From: Gemmatimonadota bacterium
GTDB lineage: Bacteria > Gemmatimonadota > Gemmatimonadetes > Gemmatimonadales > GWC2-71-9
Assembly (NCBI GenBank): GCA_016180765.1
Contig: JACPAP010000024.1
Coordinates: 1-41,149 of the forward strand
Reading direction: 5' to 3'
DNA: 41,149 nucleotides
Shown: in pieces, positions 10,516 through 18,439 of the stretch
How positions within the stretch are numbered: position 1 is the stretch's first letter
How the letters are laid out: each line of letters begins with the position of its first letter
Position numbers and translations under genes: made by a program
The notes under the pieces: model-generated
Told to the model about the DNA's origin: nothing
Seen by the model: only the letters and a program-made list of their open reading frames with translations
Databases searched by the model: none

Positions 10516-10544
10516 AGGTTACGTATCGCCCAAAAACGTGTCAA
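10516..10544 (-). promoter_or_regulatory. Sigma-70-like promoter for gcvH-gcvP
   Basis: The reverse strand reads TTGACA-N17-TAACCT, ending 34 nt upstream of the gcvH ATG. Confidence 0.4.
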
Positions 10545-10570
10545 GCCGAGCCCAGAGGCATCGCAACGCT

Positions 10571-11176
10571 TCATCGGCGGCCCGCGCGTTTCTTCATGGT
10601 CTGCCACGCGTCCCACGCGGCCCGCTTCAGCTGGTCCAGCGTGCCGCGGTTCTCCAGCACGATGTGGCTCCGACCGCGTTTGGCCCCGGGGGGGAGTTGT
10701 GCGGCCAGCAGTCGATCGATCTCCGCCGGTTCGAGCCCCCGTTCCCGCAGCCGGGCTCGGCGGACCGCCTCCGGCGCGTCCACCAGCACCACGAGGTCGA
10801 ACGCGCCAGGGTCGAGGACTTCGAAGAGCAACGGGATGTCGTTGACCACGATGGCGTCACCGCGGGTGCGGGCCGCGCGCACCAGCTGGTCGCGCCGGGC
10901 CTGAACGGCGGGGTGGACAATGGCGTTGAGCGCCTCGCGTCGGGCCGGGTCCTCCAGCACGATGGCGCGCAGCCGCGGGCGATCGAGGCTGCCGTCGGGC
11001 AGCAACACCTGGGGCCCGAACTGCCGGGCGATCTCGGCGAGCGTGGGCGACCCGGGACGCTCCACCTCGCGCACCAGCTCGTCGGCGTCGATGAGCGTGG
11101 CGCCCCACTCCTGGAACCACCGTGCGACGGTGGACTTCCCCGCGGCGGCGTTGCCGGTGAGGGCGACGTTCAGCAC
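10571..11176 (-). CDS. coaE: Dephospho-CoA kinase
   Basis: 201 aa with N-terminal P-loop LTGNAAAGKST and a CoaE-like layout. It directly abuts the tdk stop. Confidence 0.85.
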   Translation of the reverse strand: MLNVALTGNAAAGKSTVARWFQEWGATLIDADELVREVERPGSPTLAEIARQFGPQVLLPDGSLDRPRLRAIVLEDPARREALNAIVHPAVQARRDQLVRAARTRGDAIVVNDIPLLFEVLDPGAFDLVVLVDAPEAVRRARLRERGLEPAEIDRLLAAQLPPGAKRGRSHIVLENRGTLDQLKRAAWDAWQTMKKRAGRR

Positions 11177-11779
11177 TCAGAGCAGCGTGGTCTGCGCGGC
11201 ATCCCGAGCCGGTACCTCGTGGCAGTGCCGGCAGCGTGCCTCGTACGATTCGCTTCCGCCCACCATGATGGTGGGCGAGTCGTAGGGCGCCGGCTTCCCG
11301 TTCAGCAGCCGCTGATTGCGGCAAGCGGGGTCGCCGCACACGACGCAGATGGCGTGCAGCTTGTCCACGATCTCCGCGACCGCCAGGAGCTGGGGCATGG
11401 CGCCGAAGGGCTCCCCCCGGAAATCGGTATCCGTGCCGGCCAGGATAACCCGCACGCCGCGGCCCGCCAGGTCGGTGGCGACGTCCACGATGCCGCCGTC
11501 GAGAAACTGCACTTCGTCGATCGCCACCACGCTGCTGTCGGGGCGAACCTGGGCGGCGATCTCCAGCGCGGTGCTCACCGGATGGGCCTCGACGGTGAGC
11601 CCGTCGTGGGTGGTGACCGAGAAGACGTGGTACCGATCGTCGAGGTGGGACTTGAAGACCTGGACCCGCCTGCGGGCGATCACGGCCCGCCGCACGCGGC
11701 GGATGAGCTCCTCGCTCTTGCCGCTGAACATGACCCCGGTGATGACTTCGATCCAGCCGGACGTGGTGCCGTGATACAC
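11177..11779 (-). CDS. tdk: Thymidine kinase
   Basis: P-loop [11 protein letters not shown] and a C-terminal zinc ribbon (CVVCG...CRHCH). GTG start. Confidence 0.9.
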   Translation of the reverse strand: MYHGTTSGWIEVITGVMFSGKSEELIRRVRRAVIARRRVQVFKSHLDDRYHVFSVTTHDGLTVEAHPVSTALEIAAQVRPDSSVVAIDEVQFLDGGIVDVATDLAGRGVRVILAGTDTDFRGEPFGAMPQLLAVAEIVDKLHAICVVCGDPACRNQRLLNGKPAPYDSPTIMVGGSESYEARCRHCHEVPARDAAQTTLL

Positions 11780-11986
11780 GACGCGGTGTCACCTGGCGCG
11801 GGAACGCGGAGGGACGTTACCCGCGGCGGCAAGGGGAAGCAAGCCGCGCTTGCGGTTGGGCTTCGGGCGGCGATATTGCGGTTTCCCGAGCGCCGTTCCA
11901 CTCCCTCCGGTCAAGCCGCCCCAGTTGGCGAACCAGGTGGGAACGGCGGGAGCGGCAGTGATCGGGAACCAACCAGCGGGGACCAC

Positions 11987-12277
11987 GTGAACCGAGCGGA
12001 ACTGGTCGCGGCGCTCGTCGAGCGGGCCGAGATCAAGAAGGTGGATGCGGCCCGGGCGGTGGAGGCGTTGTTCGGTACCAACGGCATCATCGCGGCCGAG
12101 CTGCGGCGCGGGGAGCGGGTGCGGATCACCGGGTTTGGGAGCTTTCACCCGCGCACCCGAGGGGCGCGTCTGGGCCGGGACCCGCGCACCGGCAAGACCA
12201 TCCAGATTCGCGCGGCGGTGGCTCCGCTGTTCCGGGCGGGCGCCGCGCTCAAGGCCGCGCTGAACCGGAAGCGTTAG
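11987..12277 (+). CDS. HU/IHF-family DNA-binding protein
   Basis: This is the C-terminal 96 aa of the long 10538-12277 ORF: VNRAELVAALVERAEIKKVDAARAVEALF...GFGSFHPRTRGARLGRDPRTGKTIQIRAAVAPLFRAG. GTG start at 11987. Everything upstream in that ORF is antisense to coaE/tdk. Confidence 0.8.
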   Translation: MNRAELVAALVERAEIKKVDAARAVEALFGTNGIIAAELRRGERVRITGFGSFHPRTRGARLGRDPRTGKTIQIRAAVAPLFRAGAALKAALNRKR

Positions 12278-13626
12278 CGGCGATCCAGCCGCGCGCTGAT
12301 GCGGCGCCCCCGCACCGTGGTCCCGGTGAGCCCCCGGACCGCGCGTTCCGCTTCCTCGGCGCGCACATCCACCAGCGTGAAGCCCTCCCGGAGCTCGATC
12401 CGGCCGATGTCTTCCTTGGCCAGCCCCACGGCGTTGAGCAACGCTCCCACCAGGTCACCGGGGCGCAGCTGATCGCGCCGTCCCGCGTTGACGTGGACCC
12501 GCACCCACGCAGTCACGTCGGCCGGAGCGCCGGTGGGCGGGGCCGCGCCTCCGCGGGCCAGTAGGGCGGCCGCCACCAGCGCCGGGTCGTGCTCGTCGAA
12601 CAACGCGTCCAGGGCGAGCAGCTCCGGGAGCGGCAAGCCGGCGGCCAGCCGCTCGCGCACTTCGCGCCGAAGTTGCGTCAGCCGGTCGCGGGCCCGATCT
12701 GCGGCTCCCGGGAGACGGACGGCATCGAGCGGGGCGGCGAGGCGCTGGAGGTACGGCAGCTGGGCGGCGTCGAGCAGCACGACGATCTCCTGCGCGGCTC
12801 CCCGGAGCGCGGCGAATACGTCGGCCGACGGAAGATCCCCGGCGATCGCGAGGCCGGCGGGCCCGCCGGTCGCGCCGGGATCGCCGGTCTCGGGTCCCAG
12901 GCGCACGCCTTCGACCACCAGCATGTCCGCCCAGCGCGCGGGGGCGCCGGGGCTCGGGTCCCACACGATGGTGCGCTGGGGATCGAGTACGTCGAGCACC
13001 GCCCGGGCTGCCATCACCCGCCGAGGCCGGTCGATCACGGCATATCGCGCCGGACCCAGCGGGGCCGCCGGGAGGCGGGCGGCCCAGCCCACCGGGGCGC
13101 GCCGCGCGTGGCGCTCCAGGAAATCCGTGAGCGGCGTCTCGTCGGCCGTGAGGACGATGCGCTGTGCCGCCGGTGCGTCCGCCAGCAGCGTATCCAGCCC
13201 GCCACCGAGCCCCGCCGCCAGCATCTGCTCGGGCCACCCGATCACCACCCGCGCCAACCCCTCGAGCTTGAGCGCGGAGCGGCGCACCAGATCGAGCGCG
13301 TCGGGAAGGGTCGCGATGAGGGTACCGATTCGCCCGGCTGCCAGGAGGCGCTGGGTTCGAGCGGCGCCGGTTACGGGATGCAGGGGTCCGAGGTCGGCCA
13401 GGGAGTGGAACGCCGCCGCCAGTTCCACGGCGGCTGACGTCCCGGGAACCACGATCAACGTTGCCGGGGTCGCCTCAGCGGGCGGGAATGCCGCGAGCAG
13501 GGAGCCCGCGGCCCAGGCCGCCGGTGGGCAGACGTACACCAACGACTTCTGGGCGGCGAGCGCCGCGCGAAGCCCCGCATCCAGCGGGGGAGTGAACTCC
13601 CGAGCCACGGATCCCTCGGTTGTCAA
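12274..13626 (-). CDS. DbpA RNA-binding-domain protein with a degenerate DEAD-box helicase core
   Basis: The C-terminal 75 aa (WVRVHVNAGRRDQLRPGDLVGALLNAVGLAKEDIGRIELREGFTLVDV) is a DbpA-type RNA-binding domain. The N-terminal 370 aa are collinear with DEAD-box motifs, but every catalytic motif is substituted. The stop overlaps the HU stop by 4 nt (convergent). Confidence 0.7.
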   Translation of the reverse strand: MTTEGSVAREFTPPLDAGLRAALAAQKSLVYVCPPAAWAAGSLLAAFPPAEATPATLIVVPGTSAAVELAAAFHSLADLGPLHPVTGAARTQRLLAAGRIGTLIATLPDALDLVRRSALKLEGLARVVIGWPEQMLAAGLGGGLDTLLADAPAAQRIVLTADETPLTDFLERHARRAPVGWAARLPAAPLGPARYAVIDRPRRVMAARAVLDVLDPQRTIVWDPSPGAPARWADMLVVEGVRLGPETGDPGATGGPAGLAIAGDLPSADVFAALRGAAQEIVVLLDAAQLPYLQRLAAPLDAVRLPGAADRARDRLTQLRREVRERLAAGLPLPELLALDALFDEHDPALVAAALLARGGAAPPTGAPADVTAWVRVHVNAGRRDQLRPGDLVGALLNAVGLAKEDIGRIELREGFTLVDVRAEEAERAVRGLTGTTVRGRRISARLDRR

Positions 13627-13721
13627 ACAGACGAGCTGGTCTAGACCTTCACGGTCGGAAGGCTAGCGCGTGCGGGTCGCGATGGCAACGCCCGGGCCAG
13701 GTGCTGTAGATTCGTAGCGGT

Positions 13722-14894
13722 ATGGTGAGCCTTCCCCGCGCGGTTTCCGCCGTCACATCGCTGTCGCTCTGTGTCGCCGGCGCCCCGTCGGCGGCCCAGC
13801 AACGCCAGACCGCCCGGCAGCTCGGCGTGGTCGTGGGCGTGCTGCCCCCCGGCTCGCTCAACGCGATCACCGACGTGTCCGGCGTCCTGGTGGGCCAGGT
13901 GACCGTCCGCTCGGGCGACTCGATCAACACGGGCGTGACCGTGGTCCTGCCGCACGGTGGCAACCTGTTCCGCGACAAGGTGCCGGGCGCTGTGGTGGTG
14001 GGAAACGGGTTCGGCAAGTTGATGGGATTCACGCAGGTGCAGGAGCTGGGGGAGCTGGAGTCCCCCATCGTGCTGACCTGCACGTTATGCGTGCCGCGTG
14101 CGGCGGACGCCACGCTGACCTATCTCCTGTCGCTCCTCGGGAACGAGAGCGTCCGCTCCATCAACGTGGTGGTGGGCGAAACCAACGACGGGACGCTGAA
14201 CCACATCCGGGCTCGGCCCATCACCGAGCGGGACGTGTTACGGGCGATCGAAGAGGCCCGGCCCGGACCGGTGGAGCAGGGCAGCGTTGGGGCGGGGCGC
14301 GGCACCATAGCCTTCGGCTTCAAGGGCGGAATCGGGACCTCGAGCCGCCACCTCCCGGACCGCCTGGGGGGCTGGATCGTGGGTGTGCTGGTGCAGACCA
14401 ACTACGGCGGGATTCTCCAGATCGCCGGCGCTCCGGTCGGTATCGAGCTGGGCCGCTATTACCTCCGGGACGAGCTGGCGCCCGATGAACGCCGGGAAGG
14501 GGGAACGGGGAAAAGGGAAGGGTTGGACTCCCCGGACGGCTCCGTCATGATCGTGCTGGCGACCGACGCGCCGCTCGAGCACCGCAACCTGACGCGGTTG
14601 GCGCGGCGGGCACTCGCCGGGTTGGCGCGCACCGGCAGCTCCATGAGCAACGGCTCCGGCGATTACGTCATCGCGTTCAGTTCGGTGCCCGTCGCCCGGC
14701 TGGGTTCGATGCCCCGCATGCCCAACGACGCCATGAGTCCCCTGTTCCAGGCGGCGATCGAAGCCACGGAAGAAGCGATCTACAATTCCTTATTCATGGC
14801 CACCACCGTTGAGGGGTACCGCGGCACCGCGACGGCCCTGCCCCTGGATTCGACGCTGGCCATTCTCCAGCGCCACGGAGTGCTCCGCCAATGA
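13722..14894 (+). CDS. DmpA/P1-family aminopeptidase (peptidase S58), signal peptide
   Basis: Family-typical sequence: NAITDVSGVLVGQVT, GVTVVLPH, and the self-processing region ETNDG...GSVGAGRGT...VLATDAPL. The N-terminus is signal-like. Confidence 0.8.
   Translation: MVSLPRAVSAVTSLSLCVAGAPSAAQQRQTARQLGVVVGVLPPGSLNAITDVSGVLVGQVTVRSGDSINTGVTVVLPHGGNLFRDKVPGAVVVGNGFGKLMGFTQVQELGELESPIVLTCTLCVPRAADATLTYLLSLLGNESVRSINVVVGETNDGTLNHIRARPITERDVLRAIEEARPGPVEQGSVGAGRGTIAFGFKGGIGTSSRHLPDRLGGWIVGVLVQTNYGGILQIAGAPVGIELGRYYLRDELAPDERREGGTGKREGLDSPDGSVMIVLATDAPLEHRNLTRLARRALAGLARTGSSMSNGSGDYVIAFSSVPVARLGSMPRMPNDAMSPLFQAAIEATEEAIYNSLFMATTVEGYRGTATALPLDSTLAILQRHGVLRQ
14494..14521 (+). repeat. Heptamer block (4 x 7 bp: gggaagg gggaacg gggaaaa gggaagg) inside dmpA
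   Basis: Read directly from the sequence. It encodes REGGTGKREG in a surface-loop-like position just before DGSVMIVLATDAPL. Confidence 0.7.
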
Positions 14895-15808
14895 CGCGAC
14901 GCTGCCTCCTGGTCCGCGCCCCGCGGCTTCTGCCGCTTCTGCCGCTCCTCCTTGCCGCGCCGGTTCAGGCCCAGGGACGCCCGCTCAAGATCTACATCTC
15001 CGCCGACATGGAGGGCGTGGTGGGCGCGGTCACCGGGGACCAGCTGGGGCCCGGCGGTTTCGAGTACGAGCGGTTCCGCCAGTTCATGACCGGCGAGGTG
15101 CTGGCCGCCATCGAGGCGGCCAAAGCGGCCGGCGCCACCGAGATTCTGGTGAGCGATTCGCACGGCAACGGCGAGAACCTGTTGATCGAGCGGTTGCCTG
15201 CGGACGTCAGCGTGGTGCGCTCCTGGCCGCGGCCGCTCATGATGATGCAGGGGATCGACAGCAGCTTCAGCGCGGCACTGTTCATCGGCTACCATGCGGG
15301 CGCCGCCAATCCCCGTGGGGTCCGGGCCCACACCATCTCCAGCGCGCGGTTCGCCGACGTGCGGTTGAACGGCCGTTCCGTCACCGAAGGGGCGATCAAC
15401 GCGGCCATCGCCGGCCATTTTGGAGTGCCGGTCGTGATGATTTCGGGAGACGATGCCGCCGTGGCGGAGGTGAAGGCGCTGGTGGGCGACCTCGAGGGTG
15501 CCGTCGTCAAGTGGACTTACAGCTTCCACTCCGCGCGGACCCTGACCCCCGAGGCCTCCGTGCGGCTCATTGGGGAGAAGGTCACGGCCGCGCTCGGGCG
15601 GCTGGGGCAATTCAGGCCGTACACGCTCCCGACGCCGGTCACGCTGGACCTCCAGTTCAGGCACTACCGTCCCGCGGAGATGCTGGCGTATCTGCCCATC
15701 GTTCAGCGGACGGACGCGCACTCCATCCGCTATGTCGGCCCCGACATGCTCGCGATTTCCAAGTTCATCGAGTTCGTCACGACCTACGAGGTGGCGCTCG
15801 AGCCATGA
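14891..15808 (+). CDS. D-aminopeptidase, peptidase M55 (DppA-like), signal peptide
   Basis: KIYISADMEGVVG...VSDSHGNG is the M55 signature region. ATGA overlap with dmpA. N-terminal signal LLPLLPLLLAAPVQAQG. Confidence 0.85.
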   Translation: MTRRCLLVRAPRLLPLLPLLLAAPVQAQGRPLKIYISADMEGVVGAVTGDQLGPGGFEYERFRQFMTGEVLAAIEAAKAAGATEILVSDSHGNGENLLIERLPADVSVVRSWPRPLMMMQGIDSSFSAALFIGYHAGAANPRGVRAHTISSARFADVRLNGRSVTEGAINAAIAGHFGVPVVMISGDDAAVAEVKALVGDLEGAVVKWTYSFHSARTLTPEASVRLIGEKVTAALGRLGQFRPYTLPTPVTLDLQFRHYRPAEMLAYLPIVQRTDAHSIRYVGPDMLAISKFIEFVTTYEVALEP

Positions 15809-17067
15809 ACCGTTCGCCCAAGAGACCACCCATGACCGCCAGCGCGGGCTCGGAAGGGTATCGACTTTCCAAGAACCTCGAGTACCTGAAGCCGTCGGAG
15901 ACGGTGTCCATCAACCAGGAGACCCAACGGCGGCGGGCGGCGGGCGAGGACGTGATCGACCTGTCCGCCGGCGAGCCCGACTTCGACACGCCCAAGCTGG
16001 TGAGCGAGGCCGGCATTCGCGCGATTCAGCAGGGCAAGACCCGGTACCCGCCCAACGCGGGGATCCTGGATCTCCGGGCCGCGGTGGCGCGCCACCTGTC
16101 GTTGTTGTCCGGCGGGCGGCCGGTCAACGCGGACCATGTGGTGGTCTCCACCGGCGCCAAGCAGTCGCTGTTCAACGCCTGCATGACGTTGTTCGGCCCG
16201 GGCGACCGGGTGCTGATCCCCTCGCCGGCGTGGGTGTCGTATCCCCAGATGGTGCGGCTCGCGCGCGCCGAGCCGGTGATGGTGGCGGGCGACATCGAGT
16301 GGAGCCTCAAGGTGGACGTGGACGCGCTGAACGCGGCGTGGGACCATCGCGTCGCCGGGCTGATCCTCTGCTCACCGGTCAACCCCACGGGTGCGGTGTA
16401 CAGCCGCGCGGAAATCAAGGCGATCGCAGAGTGGACCAGGGAGAAGAACGTCTGGCTGCTTGCCGACGAGATCTACCGGCGGATCCACTACGGTTCGGGT
16501 CCGGCGCCGTCGGTGTTGGACCTGCCGGATGAGTTCCTGACCCGGGTGGTGGTCGTCTACGGCGCCAGCAAGGCCTACGCCATGACCGGCTGGCGGATCG
16601 GCGTGGCCGTCGCCCCGCTGCCGATCGCCAAGACCATGGCGGCGCTGCAAACGCACGTCACCAGTGGCGCCTGCCATCCGGCCCAGTGGGCCGCGGCCGC
16701 GGCGTTCGGCGACGAGCGGGTGGAGGCGTCCGTGGCGGAGATGGTCGAGGCGTTCCGCCAGCGCCGCGACCTGGTGGTGGGGCATTTCCGCGAGCACCTG
16801 AGCGGGGTCGAGTTCATCGAGCCACTTGGCGCGTTCTACTTCTTCTTCCGGGTGGATGGCTACTGCAACGACGAGCTCGCGACCGCGGCGGCGTTCTGCG
16901 AGCGGTTGATGGCGGAGCGAGGCGTGGCGCTGGTGCCGGGGGACGCGTTCGGCGACCCCCGCTGGGTCCGGCTATCGTACGCGGCTTCGGAGAAGGATCT
17001 CACGCGGGCGCTGGAGCGGATCACCCAGTTCGCCCGGAAGCGGGAATCGGTACGGGCCGGGCGGTAA
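15805..17067 (+). CDS. Pyridoxal-phosphate aminotransferase, class I (aspartate aminotransferase-like)
   Basis: 420 aa with a PLP-lysine region (YGASKAYAMTGWRIG). ATGA overlap with the M55 gene. Confidence 0.9.
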   Translation: MNRSPKRPPMTASAGSEGYRLSKNLEYLKPSETVSINQETQRRRAAGEDVIDLSAGEPDFDTPKLVSEAGIRAIQQGKTRYPPNAGILDLRAAVARHLSLLSGGRPVNADHVVVSTGAKQSLFNACMTLFGPGDRVLIPSPAWVSYPQMVRLARAEPVMVAGDIEWSLKVDVDALNAAWDHRVAGLILCSPVNPTGAVYSRAEIKAIAEWTREKNVWLLADEIYRRIHYGSGPAPSVLDLPDEFLTRVVVVYGASKAYAMTGWRIGVAVAPLPIAKTMAALQTHVTSGACHPAQWAAAAAFGDERVEASVAEMVEAFRQRRDLVVGHFREHLSGVEFIEPLGAFYFFFRVDGYCNDELATAAAFCERLMAERGVALVPGDAFGDPRWVRLSYAASEKDLTRALERITQFARKRESVRAGR

Positions 17068-17072
17068 TGCCG

Positions 17073-17205
17073 TGGCTCAGACGGTGAGGGCGCCGGTGGG
17101 TCCCGACGGGCGCGTCAGGGCGGCGGGCATCGCCCGAGGGGCAAGGTCCGGTGCCAGCACTGCAGCGACCGGAGGGACCCACCGGCGCCCTCGCCGTCTG
17201 AGCCA
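17073..17205 (+). repeat. Palindromic intergenic element, copy B, with 32-bp terminal inverted repeats
   Basis: Arm 17073-17104 (tggctcagacggtgagggcgccggtgggtccc) is the reverse complement of arm 17174-17205, with one T:G position. The 69-nt core is shared with copy A. It starts 6 nt after the aminotransferase stop. Confidence 0.8.
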
Positions 17206-17218
17206 CGAGCCTGGCGCC

Positions 17219-17247
17219 TTGCCCCGGTCCGGGGCGCTCGGTATTCT
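17219..17247 (+). promoter_or_regulatory. Sigma-70-like promoter for the 17281-25743 operon
   Basis: TTGCCC-N17-TATTCT, ending 33 nt upstream of the ATG at 17281. Confidence 0.35.
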
Positions 17248-17280
17248 GACCCCAACTCGTAACTTTGCTGGAATGCGTCC

Positions 17281-17793
17281 ATGGGATTCGCGGCTCGGGT
17301 CGAGCCCCTGAGCGGGAAACTGCCCACGGTCACCTTCAAGTGGGACCGGGAGACCGAGATTCTCTCGGGCCACTTCAAGGGGGCCGGCAAGGCCGAAGGG
17401 CTGACCGGTACGGTGGAGCTCGAGGGCCCCGATGGCTCGTTCGCGGTGCTGGATGTGGCGGGGGGGCGGCTCCGGGGACTCGAGGTGGTGGTGTGGCCCG
17501 AGACTCAGACGGTGCCCGGCCTCACCGCGCCGGCCGCAGCGGAACGTGGTCGGCTGATCCTTCCGGCCAGGCCGTCGCAGCCGGGGATCGCGGCGGTCGA
17601 AGTGGACACGCACATGGTGGCGGAGAAAACCCCGGACGACTCGACCATCCATCTCCGGGTCGGTCCGCCGCGCCGGGTGAAGCTGATTCAGGTGGCGGAA
17701 AACCTCGTGCTGGAGCTGGATGAGGCCAGCCAGATCGCCGGCTTCTGGTTGCTCCAAGTGCCGCCGTTCCCGCACGTCGAAGAAGGCGTCTGA
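17281..17793 (+). CDS. Hypothetical protein with two internal beta-rich half-repeats (faint DUF2283-like pattern)
   Basis: 170-aa ORF with strong GC3 bias. The halves TVTFKWDRETEILSG...AVLDVAGGRLRGLEVVVWP and STIHLRVG...LVLELDEASQIAGFWLLQVPP look related. The family assignment is only a guess. Confidence 0.55.
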   Translation: MGFAARVEPLSGKLPTVTFKWDRETEILSGHFKGAGKAEGLTGTVELEGPDGSFAVLDVAGGRLRGLEVVVWPETQTVPGLTAPAAAERGRLILPARPSQPGIAAVEVDTHMVAEKTPDDSTIHLRVGPPRRVKLIQVAENLVLELDEASQIAGFWLLQVPPFPHVEEGV

Positions 17794-17800
17794 CGCGGCG

Positions 17801-18439
17801 ATGACCGTCAACGAGCAGCTCCTCGCCTACGCCGAGCAGCTGTTCGCGCCGGAGGACGCCGCGCTCCACGAGATCCGCGCGCTGCCGGAGCGCGAAGGAC
17901 TGCCCGACATCGCCGTCTCGCCGGACGAGGGCAAGATCCTCGCGGTGCTGCTCACGGCCATCGGCGCCCGGCGCGTGCTGGAGATCGGCACGCTGGCGGG
18001 CTACAGCGGCGTGTGGATGGCTCGGGCGCTGTCCGCGGGAGGCATGCTCACGACGATCGAGGCGGACCCGAAGCACGCGGCGGCGGCACGGCGGGCGTTC
18101 GAACGAGCGGGCGTGGCGCACCGGGTTCAGCTCATCGAGGGCCGCGCGCTCGAGGTGCTGCCCACGCTCCGGCCGGGGTACGACGCGGTCTTCGTGGACG
18201 CGGACAAGGAGCCGCTGGAACAGTACTACCGGCAGGCGATGCGGCTGCTCCGGCGGGGCGGCCTGCTCTTGTGCGACAATGCCTTCTTCAACGGACGGGT
18301 GACGGACCCGCGCGACACCGCGGCCGACGTCGAGGGGGTGCGGGCGTTCAACCGGCTCGCGGCGAGCGACGCCCGGCTCGCGGCTGCCGTCATTCCGGTG
18401 CGGGACGGCCTGGTGGTCGGCGTGAAGGTGGCGGAATGA
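17801..18439 (+). CDS. Class I SAM-dependent O-methyltransferase (caffeoyl-CoA OMT-like, Methyltransf_3)
   Basis: VLEIGTLAGYSGVWMA (motif I) and VFVDADKE. The start is trimmed to the ATG at 17801. Confidence 0.85.
   Translation: MTVNEQLLAYAEQLFAPEDAALHEIRALPEREGLPDIAVSPDEGKILAVLLTAIGARRVLEIGTLAGYSGVWMARALSAGGMLTTIEADPKHAAAARRAFERAGVAHRVQLIEGRALEVLPTLRPGYDAVFVDADKEPLEQYYRQAMRLLRRGGLLLCDNAFFNGRVTDPRDTAADVEGVRAFNRLAASDARLAAAVIPVRDGLVVGVKVAE

Noticed and set aside
10482-10570. Glycine riboswitch upstream of gcvH
   Set aside because: The spacer is 89 nt and lacks the conserved ACCGAAGG/CUCUGGAGAG-type cores on the reverse strand. A promoter-like site leaves only a 34-nt leader.
11796-11826. gcgggaacg...cgttacccgc hairpin as a further heptamer-family copy
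   Set aside because: There is only a single unit per arm and no 4 x 7 periodicity. It could be an unrelated small hairpin in the tdk/HU divergent promoter region.
10538-11986. N-terminal 483 codons of the 579-aa plus-strand ORF
   Set aside because: This part is antisense to coaE and tdk. Only the last 96 codons (HU-like, from GTG 11987) look real.
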